The notes beneath the pieces are model-generated. The model did not search any database, was not told the DNA's origin, and saw only the letters and a program-made list of their open reading frames with translations. Position numbers and translations under genes: made by a program. This document shows positions 45,212-58,467 of a DNA stretch of 64,000 nt, in pieces. This DNA comes from Tubiluchus corallicola. Taxonomy: Eukaryota; Animalia; Priapulida. How positions within the stretch are numbered: the first letter of the stretch is position 1; each line of letters begins with the position of its first letter. Location: contig JAQGDQ010000963.1 in NCBI GenBank assembly GCA_030141605.1, forward strand, positions 11,654 to 75,653, written 5' to 3'.

Positions 45212-48200
45212 TTTGTCTTGAATAAAGAATACCGCTTTGAGTAATGCAAAGTAAGTCAAATCAACATTCCACTGTGTGCTACAACAGTAATACAAGAACA
45301 GCTCAAGTGATCAATTCTGCATCGTCCTGTGATATCCTCCTTTTCCCACTTTTTTGATTCTCCTCCAAATTTGCGCTTTGTTCAAAGCTACCCAGGGAGA
45401 CGTTCCATTCCTGCTCAGCTGCTTCGCATTGTTTAACATCACACAATGCTGTGAAAATGACTTCCAATTCTGTATAGGTATAGAACAATAAGGCTACACA
45501 TAATTATTGTTTAACATTGTTTAACATTTTCTACACATTGTCATCACCAAAAATAGTACTGCTGTTGGGCTATAGCCTCGAATCGAATATATATGTATAT
45601 TTGTACAGTAGGCTCAAGGTTAATAGATTCAGTTGCTTAATTAATTCAAAAATGCATGGCACAGCCGCTTCTACTCAAATGTACATAAAAACTGCCGGTA
45701 TTTAACTCAAATAATTCCTCATAATTGACTCAATATTTTTCCTTCACATACTTAAAATAAGACGTTTGTTTGTTCTCAAAGAGCATTTCCTACTTTGTCA
45801 TCTTTACTGGGCTTTTCAAACTCTTTCTGGAATTTTCAAATGTCAAATTATTATAAACTCATTACCAGAAAAGTCACTTGTGTCAAAGGCACTTCGGAAA
45901 TGGTGCTGACAAGCCACTGACATAGCATTGCCTAGTTGTTTTGCTGGATTACTGCTGCATTTACCTGTCTGAAGGCAGATTTCTTTTATTTTAGAATTCT
46001 GCCTGCCCAATGTGTACAATAGATGTAATGAGCATCTGATGATGATGATGATGATGACTATTATGATGATAATGATAATGATGAACATAGTGAAAGAAAA
46101 TATTTAGTATTTGATTACTCAGGAAAGTAACCAATGGCAGCGACATGTGTACACAATCCAATGTGTACAATAGATGTAATGAGCATCTGATGATGATGAT
46201 GATGATGACTATTATGATGATAATGATAATGATGAACATAGTGAAAGAAAATATTTAGTATTCGATTACTCAGGAAAGTAACCAACGGCAGCGACATGCG
46301 GTTAAGTAACCGCAGTAACTGATTCCTAATAGTCGAATATGCCCACCACTACTGGCTACTTTTAGAAAATATCCAGAGTCCGGAAAATCTTACCGGGCAG
46401 AAGACAGACATAGTTCCCCAGGCCATTTCTTGCAGAGAGAGACAATACATGTATATTCTTAAAGTATTTTCTCATAAAATTTTAATAGCAAAAGTTTCAA
46501 TTTTTCCCCTTCTTTATTAATAAAAATGACAAAATCATTCCACATTCCAGTACACATCAAATTTGCAATTATTACTTGAGGTAACATAAATTAGATGCCA
46601 ACAAACGATACTAAACATTTTTCATGATATAGTGCATCACAGGATAGGTATAAATTTACTAACTTACACCGCTGCATCTCTCAATGATAACAACAAATTT
46701 GTTCAGCCATCAGTAAGGGTCAATATTTATTCATACTCCTACAGAAGAGCAATACGTTTGTGGAACAAACTTCCATCGGATATCAGAGAAATCACTTCCG
46801 AGCACTAGCACCCTCTGCTGTTTCTACCATGAGTGTGCCAGCCCATCTAACCTGTCAGTAAATCTAACTGTTTTTTTAGCCCGCACCCACCATGTTTGTT
46901 TTGCTTGTTTCACCTCTTTTTATAACCTCTAATACCATCACCAGTTAGCGAGTTGATTTTCTCAGCGTGTATACTAACCACGTGCCCCTAAAACTTCTAG
47001 TATGTTGTCAAAGACTTTTACAAGTATGTTATTCAAGACTTCAAGACCACAATAAACTCAGTATAACTCAAAATCGCATAACCCATTCTTTCTCCCAACT
47101 CAAAGAATTTCAGCACAACCGACAAAATCTTTCATATTTCCACACAAAAAACTTGAATAAAAAATATGGTCCACTTATTCAAAATACATGTAATTTACCT
47201 TGCCATACTCAAAAATGCAATTTATACTCAAGAAAAATAAAGTTTACTACAACTCAAAAACAGTATCGTCTTCCGGCTGATTGAACAATTGAACTACATA
47301 CAAACTGCAAGACTTTGGTAGCGACACTGTCATATTGTTTAACAGTGTTGTGTACTAGTCCTTTTGTAACATCAAAAATCGTTTTTCACTACATAATTTG
47401 TTATTATTTATGCAATTGTCATCAAATCTCGTTGTTTATGTATAGAAGGGTTGATTTTCCGCCTTCTATTTATCTTGCCATCTAGAGGAGGGTTAAGAGT
47501 TTTCATACTGCAAAATGGTCAACATTGCTTAACTCAAAAGCTTTTTTCCTGTCCGGGTGGATTTGAGTTTTGCGAAGTTCAATTTATTTTTATTAATGTC
47601 AGTTTATTTATGCCAGTGCATAACTGGGAAAATGCCTCTAAAATAGGGCACTTGTCATCCACGCACGTTATTAAACCGACTGAAGACTTCCGCTATTGTA
47701 GGAAGAATGACCTAGTCTTTATTGAAATGGAAGTGGTGCTGACAAGCCACTGGCATCGCAGTGTATAATTTTTTGCTGGATTAACTGCTGTGTTTACCTG
47801 TCTTTGAGGACAGATTTCAGAATTCTGCCTGCCCAGTGTCTACAACTGATGTAACGGGCATATGATGATGATGGATGGATGATGATGATGATGATGATAT
47901 AACTCTTTTTCACTTTTCTTCCCTAATTACCACACACAAATGGAAAAGCAAAGAAAAACTCTTTTATAAAAGAAAGCGATTCATACTAAATTCAATGTGA
48001 TGAGGACATTCTAGACAAATATAGGTACAACGATAAAAATTTTTTAGTATTGATACGATAATCGATAGTTAGTGATACGTATTGTTATCTTTAATTTCCT
48101 TAATTTGTTATCTTATATTCTGACTACCTGGAACTTTGTCAACAATTACACACTTCCATAAAAAATACTTTTATAGAATTTTATTGTGTATCAGTACAAG

Positions 48201-48442
48201 TACAGTACAAGTTTAAAGTGCAACATAACATTTTTTAAAAAAGATACAAGACTAAAAACTGGGCATGAAAAAATTATAACATTCCTTTTAAAAAGGAAAA
48301 CAAACAGCAAAATGTGTAAGGAAAAATTAAAACGTTCTTTTAAAAAAAATAACAGGCCAAAAATTGTGCATAAAAATATTATTTAAAAAACATTCAAAGG
48401 TAACAATTATTGAAGTTGGTAGCGAACAAGAGACTACTAGAG

Positions 48443-50392
48443 TCAGGTTCCCATTTTGTATCGCTGTTGCATAATAATCATGTAGATTAGGACGCATACG
48501 ATGCCAAACAAAACCAATGCAAAAGCCACGAATATGGAAACTGCATTCATGCTGTAGCTAGTCGTTGAATCACCACGCACTGCTAATGTCCAATCATCGA
48601 TCTCTTCTACTACTGTGGCCCCAACTTCAACTGCACTGCACAACTCATCTTCACCAATTGCTGCATCTCCATCTATGCAGGCAAGAACAACGAAACTGTA
48701 TTTTCCCACCGGCAAAGTTTTTATCATCATATCCGTGCTTGTAATGACGCCGATTCCCTGCTGAGGAGACTCGATGACAAAGTACTCGTGCATAGTAAGT
48801 ATTCTGAACTTAACGACATCTGCAGGTTTTGCGCTTACTGCAGCACCATCACTGGCCGAACCGGTTTTCGCAAAATCGAAGGAATAAAAGTCCTTCGAGA
48901 ACTTTGGGTTCTCTTTATTGGTTGTTTCTGCCAAAACGGTCACCTCAATGTCAGCGAAGGTCGATCCATATTCATTTGCAGCCTCTGCAATAAAAGCATG
49001 GACTCCTGGAGTCAGTTTTTTCGTAACTTTTACGTTACCAGTATAACGCTCCACTGTAAACTTAGCTAGACTAGCTAGACTGCTGGCGTTGTCTTTAATA
49101 CTCTTCAGACTATAAAAAAAGTATGGGATGTGTGTCCGGGATAAGTCCTCAGCTTTCACAATCAATACGGGCCTTCCTTTTGGAAGACTTTCCACAACTG
49201 TAGCTTTGTACAAATTTTTAGTATATTTAGGGGGAGGTCCTACAATATGCACTTCAATATGTATGCCTGTCATTGCAGTGTAGTGCTCGGGTTCGCCATC
49301 CTTCACGTAAGCGGCTTTGACTGGCATGAAATACTCGCGTTCTGTTATCTTTCCTATTATTTTTATATCCCCTACACTTTCCTCTGGCATTTCTTTATTG
49401 TCTGCATTGACAAATTTAAAAGGTTTACTACTAACTTCCAAGCTGTATCTTATGTGTTCATCACTTTTTCCCGATTCGCCGTCGACGGCAGAAATTCTCT
49501 TTGGCTTGACATTTATTATCGTCCCTACTGGGTCATTGTCTTTTATAGTGGCGTAATACATTTCTGCATCAAATACAGGATTGAAATGGACATCTGCTAC
49601 ATCGAAAGTGAATACATGTGTGCCTTCATTTGGCCAACGGCCTGCATCACGCATCGTAACTGTGACATTATACTGCGACTGCTGCTCATAATCTAGTTCC
49701 TTGTGCAAGAAAATCTCACAATTGTTGGTACCCCTTTTTGCTTCTGCTTTAAATGGGGAATTTTTGTCGTCGATGAAACACTCTGAAAAATAATAGTTGG
49801 GAGCTGTCTTATCGTCATCTAGCACCACAAAACTTGCTAACATTGTTCCAATCTCAGTTTCTTCTGAAACAGGATATCTATCTCGAGTGTCTCGTGCTGC
49901 TCTTGGTGTGTGTTCATTCATTGATTTTATAGTAACATTCATTTTTATGTCAAATTTTTCCTGTGGATGGGCGACTGACTGGCATTCTATTTCTAATACC
50001 CAGCTTAAGATGGGTGGGTCACGTTGAGTGCTGAGATAGTCTGAGATATACCTTGTAGTTCCTAAACTGAATGCGTATTTGTTATTCGCTGAGTTTCCCA
50101 AACGAAATAGTTGTCCTGCGTCTGACTTTAATCTGAATGTTAGAAGTTTGTAAGTGAGACCATTTTGTTTACCAAAGAAGAGAGCAAAGCCTCTGTTAGG
50201 CACACGATTGTCCCTAACTTTCCAATAATACTGCGATTTCATTACCTCATCACACCGACTTAAATCTATTGTTGAAGTCAAGACTACAAAACTAAGAAAA
50301 ACTATCATGGTAAGTACAATATTGTGCAAAATACTGGCCACAGCTTTGCCAGTGAAAGTACGGCTAACATGATCACACACGATCAAATGCAT
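48443..50392 (-). CDS. Cadherin-like type I membrane protein, copy 2 (~649 aa)
   Basis: Paralogue of copy 1 inside a ~5.14-kb tandem duplication; same motifs, intact ORF. Confidence 0.88.
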   Translation of the reverse strand: MHLIVCDHVSRTFTGKAVASILHNIVLTMIVFLSFVVLTSTIDLSRCDEVMKSQYYWKVRDNRVPNRGFALFFGKQNGLTYKLLTFRLKSDAGQLFRLGNSANNKYAFSLGTTRYISDYLSTQRDPPILSWVLEIECQSVAHPQEKFDIKMNVTIKSMNEHTPRAARDTRDRYPVSEETEIGTMLASFVVLDDDKTAPNYYFSECFIDDKNSPFKAEAKRGTNNCEIFLHKELDYEQQSQYNVTVTMRDAGRWPNEGTHVFTFDVADVHFNPVFDAEMYYATIKDNDPVGTIINVKPKRISAVDGESGKSDEHIRYSLEVSSKPFKFVNADNKEMPEESVGDIKIIGKITEREYFMPVKAAYVKDGEPEHYTAMTGIHIEVHIVGPPPKYTKNLYKATVVESLPKGRPVLIVKAEDLSRTHIPYFFYSLKSIKDNASSLASLAKFTVERYTGNVKVTKKLTPGVHAFIAEAANEYGSTFADIEVTVLAETTNKENPKFSKDFYSFDFAKTGSASDGAAVSAKPADVVKFRILTMHEYFVIESPQQGIGVITSTDMMIKTLPVGKYSFVVLACIDGDAAIGEDELCSAVEVGATVVEEIDDWTLAVRGDSTTSYSMNAVSIFVAFALVLFGIVCVLIYMIIMQQRYKMGT

Positions 50393-50491
50393 TTTGTCTT
50401 GAATAAAGAATGCTGCTTTGAGTAATGCAAAGTATGTCAAATCAACATTCCACTGTGTGCTACAACAGTAATAGAAGAACAGCTCAAGTGA

Positions 50492-50631
50492 TCAATTCTG
50501 CATCGTCTTGTGATATCCTTCTTTCTCCACTTTTTTAATTCTCCTCCAAATTTGTGCTTTATTTAAGCTAGCGAGGTAGACATTCCATTCCTGCTCATTG
50601 TTTTCTTCACATTCTCTCACTTCACACAATG
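50492..50631 (-). other. Coding-like upstream segment (LCEVRECEENNEQEWNVYLASLNKAQIWRRIKKVEKEGYHKTMQN*) preceding cadherin copy 2; homologues at 45303-45448 and 60028-60173
   Basis: ttttcacag acceptor-like site; differences between copies include synonymous and conservative changes in this frame. Confidence 0.4.
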
Positions 50632-52881
50632 CTGTGAAAATGATTTCCAGACCTACTGTATAGGTATAGAACTATAATGCTATATATAATTAGCAACACT
50701 GTGACATTGTTTAACATTTTTATCCACTGTCTTTTCCCAGATGTCATAATTTAATTTTCGCTTGGAAAACTGCTGACGCAAAGCCATTGTTCTGACGTCA
50801 TCCATTATACTCTGCTGCTAGCTTTGCGTTAGGTAAATAAACAGACACTAGGTGTAATTTTTGCGTATTTTTGATTATACGTGTATTTATAAGCAAAATT
50901 TTTTGCAGGACCTTTGCTAGTTACATATTAAAAAGAATTCTGAACTGCAATAACAAATTTTTTTAGCAGAATCGGGTGCAGTACTGCAAATGAACAAACC
51001 GAACACATCGAACAAGCGAACAGACACACAAACACTGAAAATAATTCCGCTTTTCATAGATCATAGATCATGTTATGTAGATCTGCATTCAGGTGAAACC
51101 AGGTTTTTGCATTGGTTGGCAAAAAAAGAATAGAGAATGATGTAAGATAAAAAGGTGAGCTAATATCCTTGAAGTAGGTATCAGAAAAATTGCCTTAAAA
51201 ATTATAAATTAAAAAAAATTATGATTCTTATTGATGATTTAGAATCTAGACTTATTGATGATTTATAATCCAGACTTTTGATGATTTACAATCAATCCAT
51301 ACTTATTGATGATTTACAATCCATACTTATTGTGTCGTGAACTGATTCACGAGTTTGTTTATGAACTTTATAACTTTACAGCAAGTTAGACTACAGTGAA
51401 TCATTTTCTCACCTGACTGGTTTCTGATATGCATTGCCCACGGTTAACCAGTTTCAAGTGATTTGAGCTGTTACATGTTCTAATCTAGTAGTCACAACGT
51501 AGTGTACAGGAAAGAGAGTCAATAATAAAGTGTTTGTGCTACTAAAGCAGTTTGGTTTGTTGCTACATATATTGACTGTCCCTTTTTCACATTGGTGCCA
51601 GTGCCCACTACTACTTGGGTATGCTGTAACACTTAGAAGGACTGTGAGTAAAATGATTTTCATTATGCTGATTTCTGATTCACAGTAAATTCTTTTTCCT
51701 TTTACCCTCTTCTATGTGGTATCTACCTGTTTACCTGCTATAGCATTTTGACATTTTCAATCAAACACAGTATTATATTGTTGCCTTTACCTTTACCTTG
51801 TGCGGGGGAGGGCTTTGCACTTGTATGCTGTTTTGTAAAGGTTCTATTTGCAGTGTAAGGCAAAATGCCAGTGGATACCAGAGCGCAGTAGAAGAAAAAG
51901 CTAATATCAGTAGTTGAGCAACTGACTAAGCGTGCGCAGCAAGTTCTTGGTGACAATAATCCTTTTTTGGCAACAGAGGAAACCTTTGTTCAGCATAGAG
52001 CAGCTGTAGAAGGAGCACAAACATCCATAAAAAGGTACTTCTCTGAACTAACAAAACATTTCGATGAATTAATAGAGACAAAAGATGATGAGATGGAGAA
52101 GGAGGCTCTGTGAGTGGAAAGTTTTCCTTTACTGGATCAACTCCAAACTTTTGTTGAGCAAGTCGATGCATCTCGTATGCTGATTCAAGAGAAGTTGGAG
52201 CTAGAAAGAGAAACAAAACCAACAGTAGTTCAGCCACCTGTGTCTCAGGCATATGGTTCACGTCAAGCGTTAAATACGTCAGCTACTGATGATGATGACA
52301 GCAATGACGATGACCGTGTCACTGTTAATTCAGCAGCTACATCTGTAAGACGACGTTGCAAAGCGAAACTTCCTCAACTGCACATTGAGAAATTTAAAGG
52401 GGACCCCATGCGATGGAACTTTTTCTGGGGTGCCTTCAAATCTGCTGTGCATGAGAGAGATGATCTTTCACTAATAGATAAAGCAAATTATTTGCTAAGT
52501 TTTCTAGAAGGCAGGGCAAAGACAACAGTTGAAGGACTTCAACCCACGGCAGAAGGCTACAGACATATGGTAGAGCTGTTAACTGAATGCTATGATTAAC
52601 CAGAATTAGTCCGTCAAGAGCATTTTCTCAAATCGTTTCAGATGAAGGAAGCTCCTGACACTATAATAGGACTACAGGAAGTCCATGATGCTTGTATGGT
52701 GCATTTTCGTGCTTTACAATCACTGGGTGAGATTAGCGTACAGACAATGTTTCCAGCACTGCTGTATTCAAAACTTCCTCCATGCGTGCGAACAGATTTA
52801 GCTCGGCGAAATGAATGCAGGGAATTGACACTGGATTCCTTAAAGCAGATGATTAAGACTGAAATCGATGCTCGAACCTTG

Positions 52882-53172
52882 GGTGGTCAAGGACTGAGCA
52901 AAACAGAACAAAGACCAACAGTGTCAAAGTCTGGTATCCAGTCTGCAGCCCACGCTTTACTAGCTGATTCCAATGCCCGGTGGTCAAGGACTGAGCAAAA
53001 CAGAACAAAAACCAACAGTCTCAAAGTCTGGTATCCAGTCTGCAGCCCATGCTTTACTAGCTGATTCCAATACCCGGTGGTCAAGGACTGAGCAAAACAG
53101 AACAAAAACCAACAGTCTCAAAGTCTGGTATCCAGTCTGCAGCCCACACTTTACTAGCTGATTCCAATGCCC
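52882..53172 (+). repeat. 97-bp triplication inside BEL gag (also at ~39317-39607 in copy A)
   Basis: ggtggtcaaggactgagc... starts at 52882, 52979 and 53076. Confidence 0.9.
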
Positions 53173-55566
53173 ATGGTAATAGTAAGAAAGCAGCAGCGAA
53201 GTAAATGCATATTCTGTGGACAGTCTCATTGGGCAGATAGATGTCAGAAGTTTCCAGATATTCCTTCACGAAAAAATAGAGCCACACAATTGGGCTTGTG
53301 CACTGTTTGTCTAAAAGTGCATTGCACTACATCGTCACATTCACTTTCTAAACCATGCTTTCATTGTCATGCTGATAATCATAATTCAGCGATGTGTTTT
53401 CTAGCATTTGGAAAGAAAGTGCCTATTTCTCAAGCCTCCTCCCAAAGTTCTTCGCCATCAATTGGGATGCAGTCTCAAGCTTCATTTACTCCAGGTTTAC
53501 CTTGGGTACAAGCTTCTTCTTCAATTAGTAACTGTGTGAGTGAAGCAGCCACATTGATGTCAGCAATGCCATCAGTGTTTTTCCAGACAGCTAGTACATG
53601 GCTTTTTAATCAAGAAACTGGTCAGTCAGTTCCTGTAAGGGTATTTCTTGATTCAGCTAGTTGTCGCAGCTACATATCGCAGCGTATATTTCGTGCCTTG
53701 AATCTTCCTACTGAACAAATTGTTCATTCTAGTATGGCTGGAATAACATGTCAGAAGAGGAAATCTTTAATGTTTCCAGTTACCAAGGTAAACTTGCAAC
53801 TCTTAAATGGACAGATGATGGAGATAAAGGTTCATGTCCTAGAACAAATCACATGTCCAATGAAGAGAGCAGTATTGCCTGATGTGGAGAAGTATACTCA
53901 ACTAGTAGAACTTGCCCATAGAGGACTTCTTGCTGACAAACTACCAACAGTTCCTGAAGATACGGAAGTGGATGTGCTTATTGGCATGAACGGATATTGC
54001 GACTTGGTAGAAAATGTTCAAATCTGCCTTGCACCTTCAATATATTTGTGGTGGTCAAAGCTTAGGTGGTTACTTTGTGGATGCACAATTCTTAATTCTG
54101 ATGAAGTCTATGTGAATGAGACATCTTGTATGAGCCTATGTGTGTCAGCCGAACCATTGAACTCAAATTCTCCGGTAATAGAAAGTGCGGAAAAATTTGA
54201 ATCTCGAATTTCAACAAAACCCACAGAACCAAACTGGGAGCTGGAAAACTTGGGAATTAAAGATGACCCTACTATCGCTGATGATGATCTAGCATTGCAG
54301 GAGTTCAACGAAAACATCCATTTCAAAGATGGTCGTTACTATGTAAAATGGATGTGGAAAGGTGGTACCCCTCCTGAAGATTTACCAGAAGGAAAGTCTC
54401 TTGCATTAGGGCACCTGCGTTCGTGTTTAAACGACTCGAAAGTCAAACTGATGTCTTGCAACTTTACAATGAAACTATCAGCCAGCAAGAACGAAGGGGT
54501 GTCATTGAACAAGTCAAAGATCCTTCGAAACCTAGCACACATAAAGTACATTATTTGGCACATCATTGTGTCATGACTCCAGGGCGAACTACCAAACTTA
54601 GAGGTGTTATGGGTACCAACGCCAAAGCCAGAAAAGATCAACTAGTAATTAAAGATGCAATATACCATGGTCCTGTGTATCTGGAAGACCTAGTGGGAAT
54701 CATTCTGCGATTTCGTCTGTGGAAATTTGCGATTTTAGCAGATATAGAGAAGGCATTCCTGCAAATAGGCCTGCAAGAAGACGATCACGATGTAACAAGA
54801 TTCCTTTGGCTAAAAGACCACACTAAGCCGCCTACAGAGGACAACCTATTGGTGTATAGATTCACACATGTTTTGTTTGGCATGAATGCCTCGCCTTTTT
54901 TATTAGCAGCAGTGGTCGCACATCATCTCCACAAGAACGTCAGTCTAGTGGCTGATATAATTCGCAAAAAACATTTACGTCGACAATATTTCCTACGGTG
55001 CACACTCCTTGGAAGATGCCAACAATTTCTACAAAGAGAGTAAAGAAATATTTTCCCAAATGTCAATGAACCTTCGAGAATACACATCAAACTGCAGTGA
55101 GTTTATGGAATCTATTCCAGAGCATGACAGAGTAAATTCTAATCAGGTCAAGCAACTTGGGCTTGGATGGAACATTAAAGAGGACATACTCCATTGTGTA
55201 GCTCCAAAATTGGACTTGGAATGTACTCCAACTAAAAGAATCATCACTCAAGCATTTGCACGGCTTTTTGATCCTATTGGAATGGTTCTGCCTGTTGTAA
55301 TGCCTGCAAAATTCTTAACTCAGCAGTTGTGGAAGGAACAATTTGACTGGGATCAGGAACTTCCGGAAAACTACCACAGGGATTGGAATAAAATTGCATG
55401 CGAATTAAAAGCAGTATCAGACATAACACTTAAACGCTACATCGGCTCCAACAATGAAGAATGTACTTATGATTTACATTGTTTTGCTGATGCTTCCCTT
55501 AAAGCCTTTGCTGCAGTGGTGTAGCTAGTAAAGCACCAAGATGACGTCCGTTCTGCAAACTTTATC

Positions 55567-57357
55567 ATGGCAAAAGCCAAAGTAGCTCCAAAGAAGATCA
55601 TAACATTGCCAAGGCTGGAACTAATGGGTGTTTGGATTGGTGTACGTTTGCTTTCGTTTGTCAAGAAGCATCTTGGACTTAAAATCCAACAAGAATACAT
55701 GTGGTCAGATTCACAAATAGTTCTATGGTGGCTGCGTAGTACTCGTCTGAAAAGTTTATTTGTGGAGAATCGCATTAAAGAGATTAAATCAAACACTGCT
55801 CTCATTTTTCGCTACATTCCTACAAATGAAAACCCGGCTGATTTAGCAACGAAAGGTTGTACCGTATCACAATTGATCAGCAACTCTGTTTGGTGGGGTG
55901 GGCCAAAGTTTCTCACTAAAGATCATGAAGAATGGCCTGTTGATCTGCCGTATACACCAAGTCTTCAAGAAGAAGAAGAAGAAGATGTTGCACTTTTGTC
56001 AAGAAACTATGCTGGCAAGGAGAAAATTCCCAAATTGGAAGAAACTCCATCTGTCATGCCGTTTGAAATGGATATCAGCCGCTTCTCATCGTTACAAAAA
56101 TTACTTCGTGTGACATGCCGAGTTCACATGTTTTTGAACCGTATACGAGGCAAAAGTATCTCTGGCCAGATAAAGGCTGAAAATCTGCAAAAAGCTTTGT
56201 TCATTTGGATTAAAGCAGTACAAAAGGGTTTTTATGTAGAAGAACTGAAAGCCTTGACTGGTTGTAATAAAAATGTGAAACATTATTGGACCAAGCAGTT
56301 GGATCTCTTTTTAGATAAAGATGGAATAATCCGAAGCCTCGGCAGAATTCGGAATGCCAATTTACCATATGGAACTATCCATCCAATTTTGTTGCCTAAG
56401 GAATCCAAGTTTACTCGTTTGGTAATTCTAGATGCACATGAACGACTTGGCCATGCAGGACCAAAACATTTGCTTGTTCAGTTGAGAAAAGATTACTGGA
56501 TTCCCCAAGGACGTGCAGCAATTCTGCGATTTGTTAAACAATGCTTGAAATGCACAAGATGGCATGGAAGTCACTTTGCCGTACCAAAGGAACCACCGCT
56601 TCCAAGTGGCCGTGTTAATGAAGGTCCACCATTTAGTACTACTGGAATTGATTACGTGGGTCTGCTGTACATCAAGACGCGAGATGGAAACTTGTTCAAA
56701 GTTTGGGTTTGCCTCTATACATGTGCTACAATTAGAGCAATCCATCTAGAAGTAGTGGAAGATCTCACTGCGCACGGTTTTCTGATGAGTCTGCGTCGAT
56801 TTATATCAGGTCGTGGTAAACCAAACCAAATTATCTCTGACAATGTAAAGACATTTAAGTTGGCAGCATCGACTTTAGACAAAGTTTGGGAATCAGTGAT
56901 TTACAGTGATGAAGTTCAGAACTACATTGCCAAAGAAGGGATTCGCTGGAATTTCATAGTTGAGCTTGCACCATGGTTTGGCGGTTTTTATGAGCGTCTG
57001 ATCCAATGTGTGAAGAAGTCTTTACGAAAAGCTTTAGGCAAAGCTCATCTTAATCTCGTACAACTGCAATCAGTTGTCACAGAAGTTGAAGGGATTTTAA
57101 ATTCGAGGCCGTTGGTTTATGTTGACACTGTTGTCAGCTCGGGAGACTTCATCACCAATGCACATTTTCTAGGTAATCCTAAATTGGGTACTCCTTCTAT
57201 CCTTCCAGAACCCGATCCTACCTTTCCCGTGAAATCAGATTCAGCTGAAAGACTTGTAGCTCTGTGGAAGAGCTCCCAGCATCAACTTAATCTCTTCTGG
57301 ACTTCATGGAGGAATGATTGTCTCCTCAGCTCAAGAGAAAGGTGGGCACAACAATGA
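55567..57357 (+). pseudogene. BEL/Pao pol C-terminal part (RNase H end plus integrase)
   Basis: 596-aa ORF with the integrase core motifs listed above. Confidence 0.9.
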
Positions 57358-57974
57358 AACCGTGGTTCAGTATCATCGGTACCTGTAGTCGGACAAACGG
57401 TTTTGGTTCGTTTTTGCAGCCAGTCCGTGCACGAAAGTCAACCAGCTGTGCTCACACACCAAGTACAAAACAACTGATTTGATTTCAACAGCATTTTTCA
57501 ATATCTCTGGAAAGAAAATGAATTGAACAATGTGCTGCTGTTCAAATCAGGCCATTTTCTTTTGAAGATCAAAACTTTCTGAGAAAGACAAACTAGGAAT
57601 TGAACCGGGAATTTACACAGGAAACGTTCATTTTCAGTGCAAAAGTTTTTGCATTTTGCTTATCCACACACTTAGTAAATCAAATCAAGCTTCACTGATG
57701 ACCAAAATGATAAGATAAGAATATAAATTTCATTATCCATACGTTTAAGCCATATTGTCTTTCAAAAGTTGATTTGACTAATCCCATCTATCCCATTAGG
57801 CTGGGATGATTCTTTATTCTCCCCCCCCCCAGTTCCGAGTTACACCGTTATAATGAGAATTTCTGCACAAAAGAAGCCAACTACCATATTTCCAGCAAGA
57901 GAAGCCAAATTACTATATTTTTAACAAAAGAAGCCAGTTTTTCTCTATTTCTAACAGTTTACTGTATTTTCTTT

Positions 57975-58340
57975 ATGATTATGTGGTGAAGCTCATAATT
58001 ACTACATGATTATGTGGTGAAGCTCACAGTTACTGCATGATTATGTGGTGAAGCTCACAGTTACTGCATGATTATGTGGTGAAGCTCACAGTTACTGCAT
58101 GATTATGTGGTGAAGCTCACAGTTACTACATGATTATGTGGTGAAGCTCACAGTTACTGCATGATTATGTGGTGAAGCTCACAGTTACTACATGATTATG
58201 TGGTGAAGCTCACAGTTACTGCATGATTATGTGGTGAAGCTCACAGTTACTGCATGATTATGTGGTGAAGCTCACAGTTACTGCATGATTATGTGGTGAA
58301 GCTCACAGTTACTGCATGATTATGTGGTGAAACTCACAAT
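57975..58340. repeat. 31-bp minisatellite, ~12 copies
   Basis: atgattatgtggtgaagctcacagttactgc repeated. Confidence 0.95.
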
Positions 58341-58467
58341 TCTATCTATTTGGTTAATTGACTAAACTCTATAAACCAATTTGAAAAAACTCTAAAGGCA
58401 AGTGCTTACTGACTGCTTCTTGGAATAATAAAACTTCACCATAAACAAAGTAAAATTCATATTTCAG

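Larger units (their letters stand above)
41450..50720. repeat. Tandem segmental duplication (41450-45530 / 46590-50720, offset ~5.14 kb)
   Basis: aattagatgccaacaaacg starts both units; near-identical non-coding DNA (paired ORFs 41827 and 46967). Confidence 0.92.
51333..57410 (+). mobile_element. BEL/Pao LTR retrotransposon copy B (5' LTR 51333-51591, gag-PR-RT-RNaseH-IN, degenerate, no 3' LTR)
   Basis: PBS TGGTGCC; gag zinc knuckles; protease VFLDSAS; RT ADIEKAFLQIGL, FGMNASPFLL; RNase H HCFADAS, KAKVAP..TLPRLEL; integrase H..LGHAG..C.KC, GIDY, SDN, APWFGGFYERL; stops and frameshifts. Confidence 0.96.

Noticed and set aside
45212-45295. TTG-initiated N-terminal extensions of the cadherin ORFs in the ORF track
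   Set aside because: Non-ATG starts are unlikely in a eukaryote; the first shared ATG (MHLIV) or MIVFL is used instead.
41827-47284. Paired 105-aa ORFs (41827 and 46967) as a conserved gene
   Set aside because: GTG-started, no recognisable domain; the similarity reflects the recent segmental duplication.
40898-51591. The two LTRs as ends of a single retrotransposon that captured the cadherin genes
   Set aside because: The LTRs are inverted and each has its own PBS and gag reading outward, so they are 5' LTRs of two elements.
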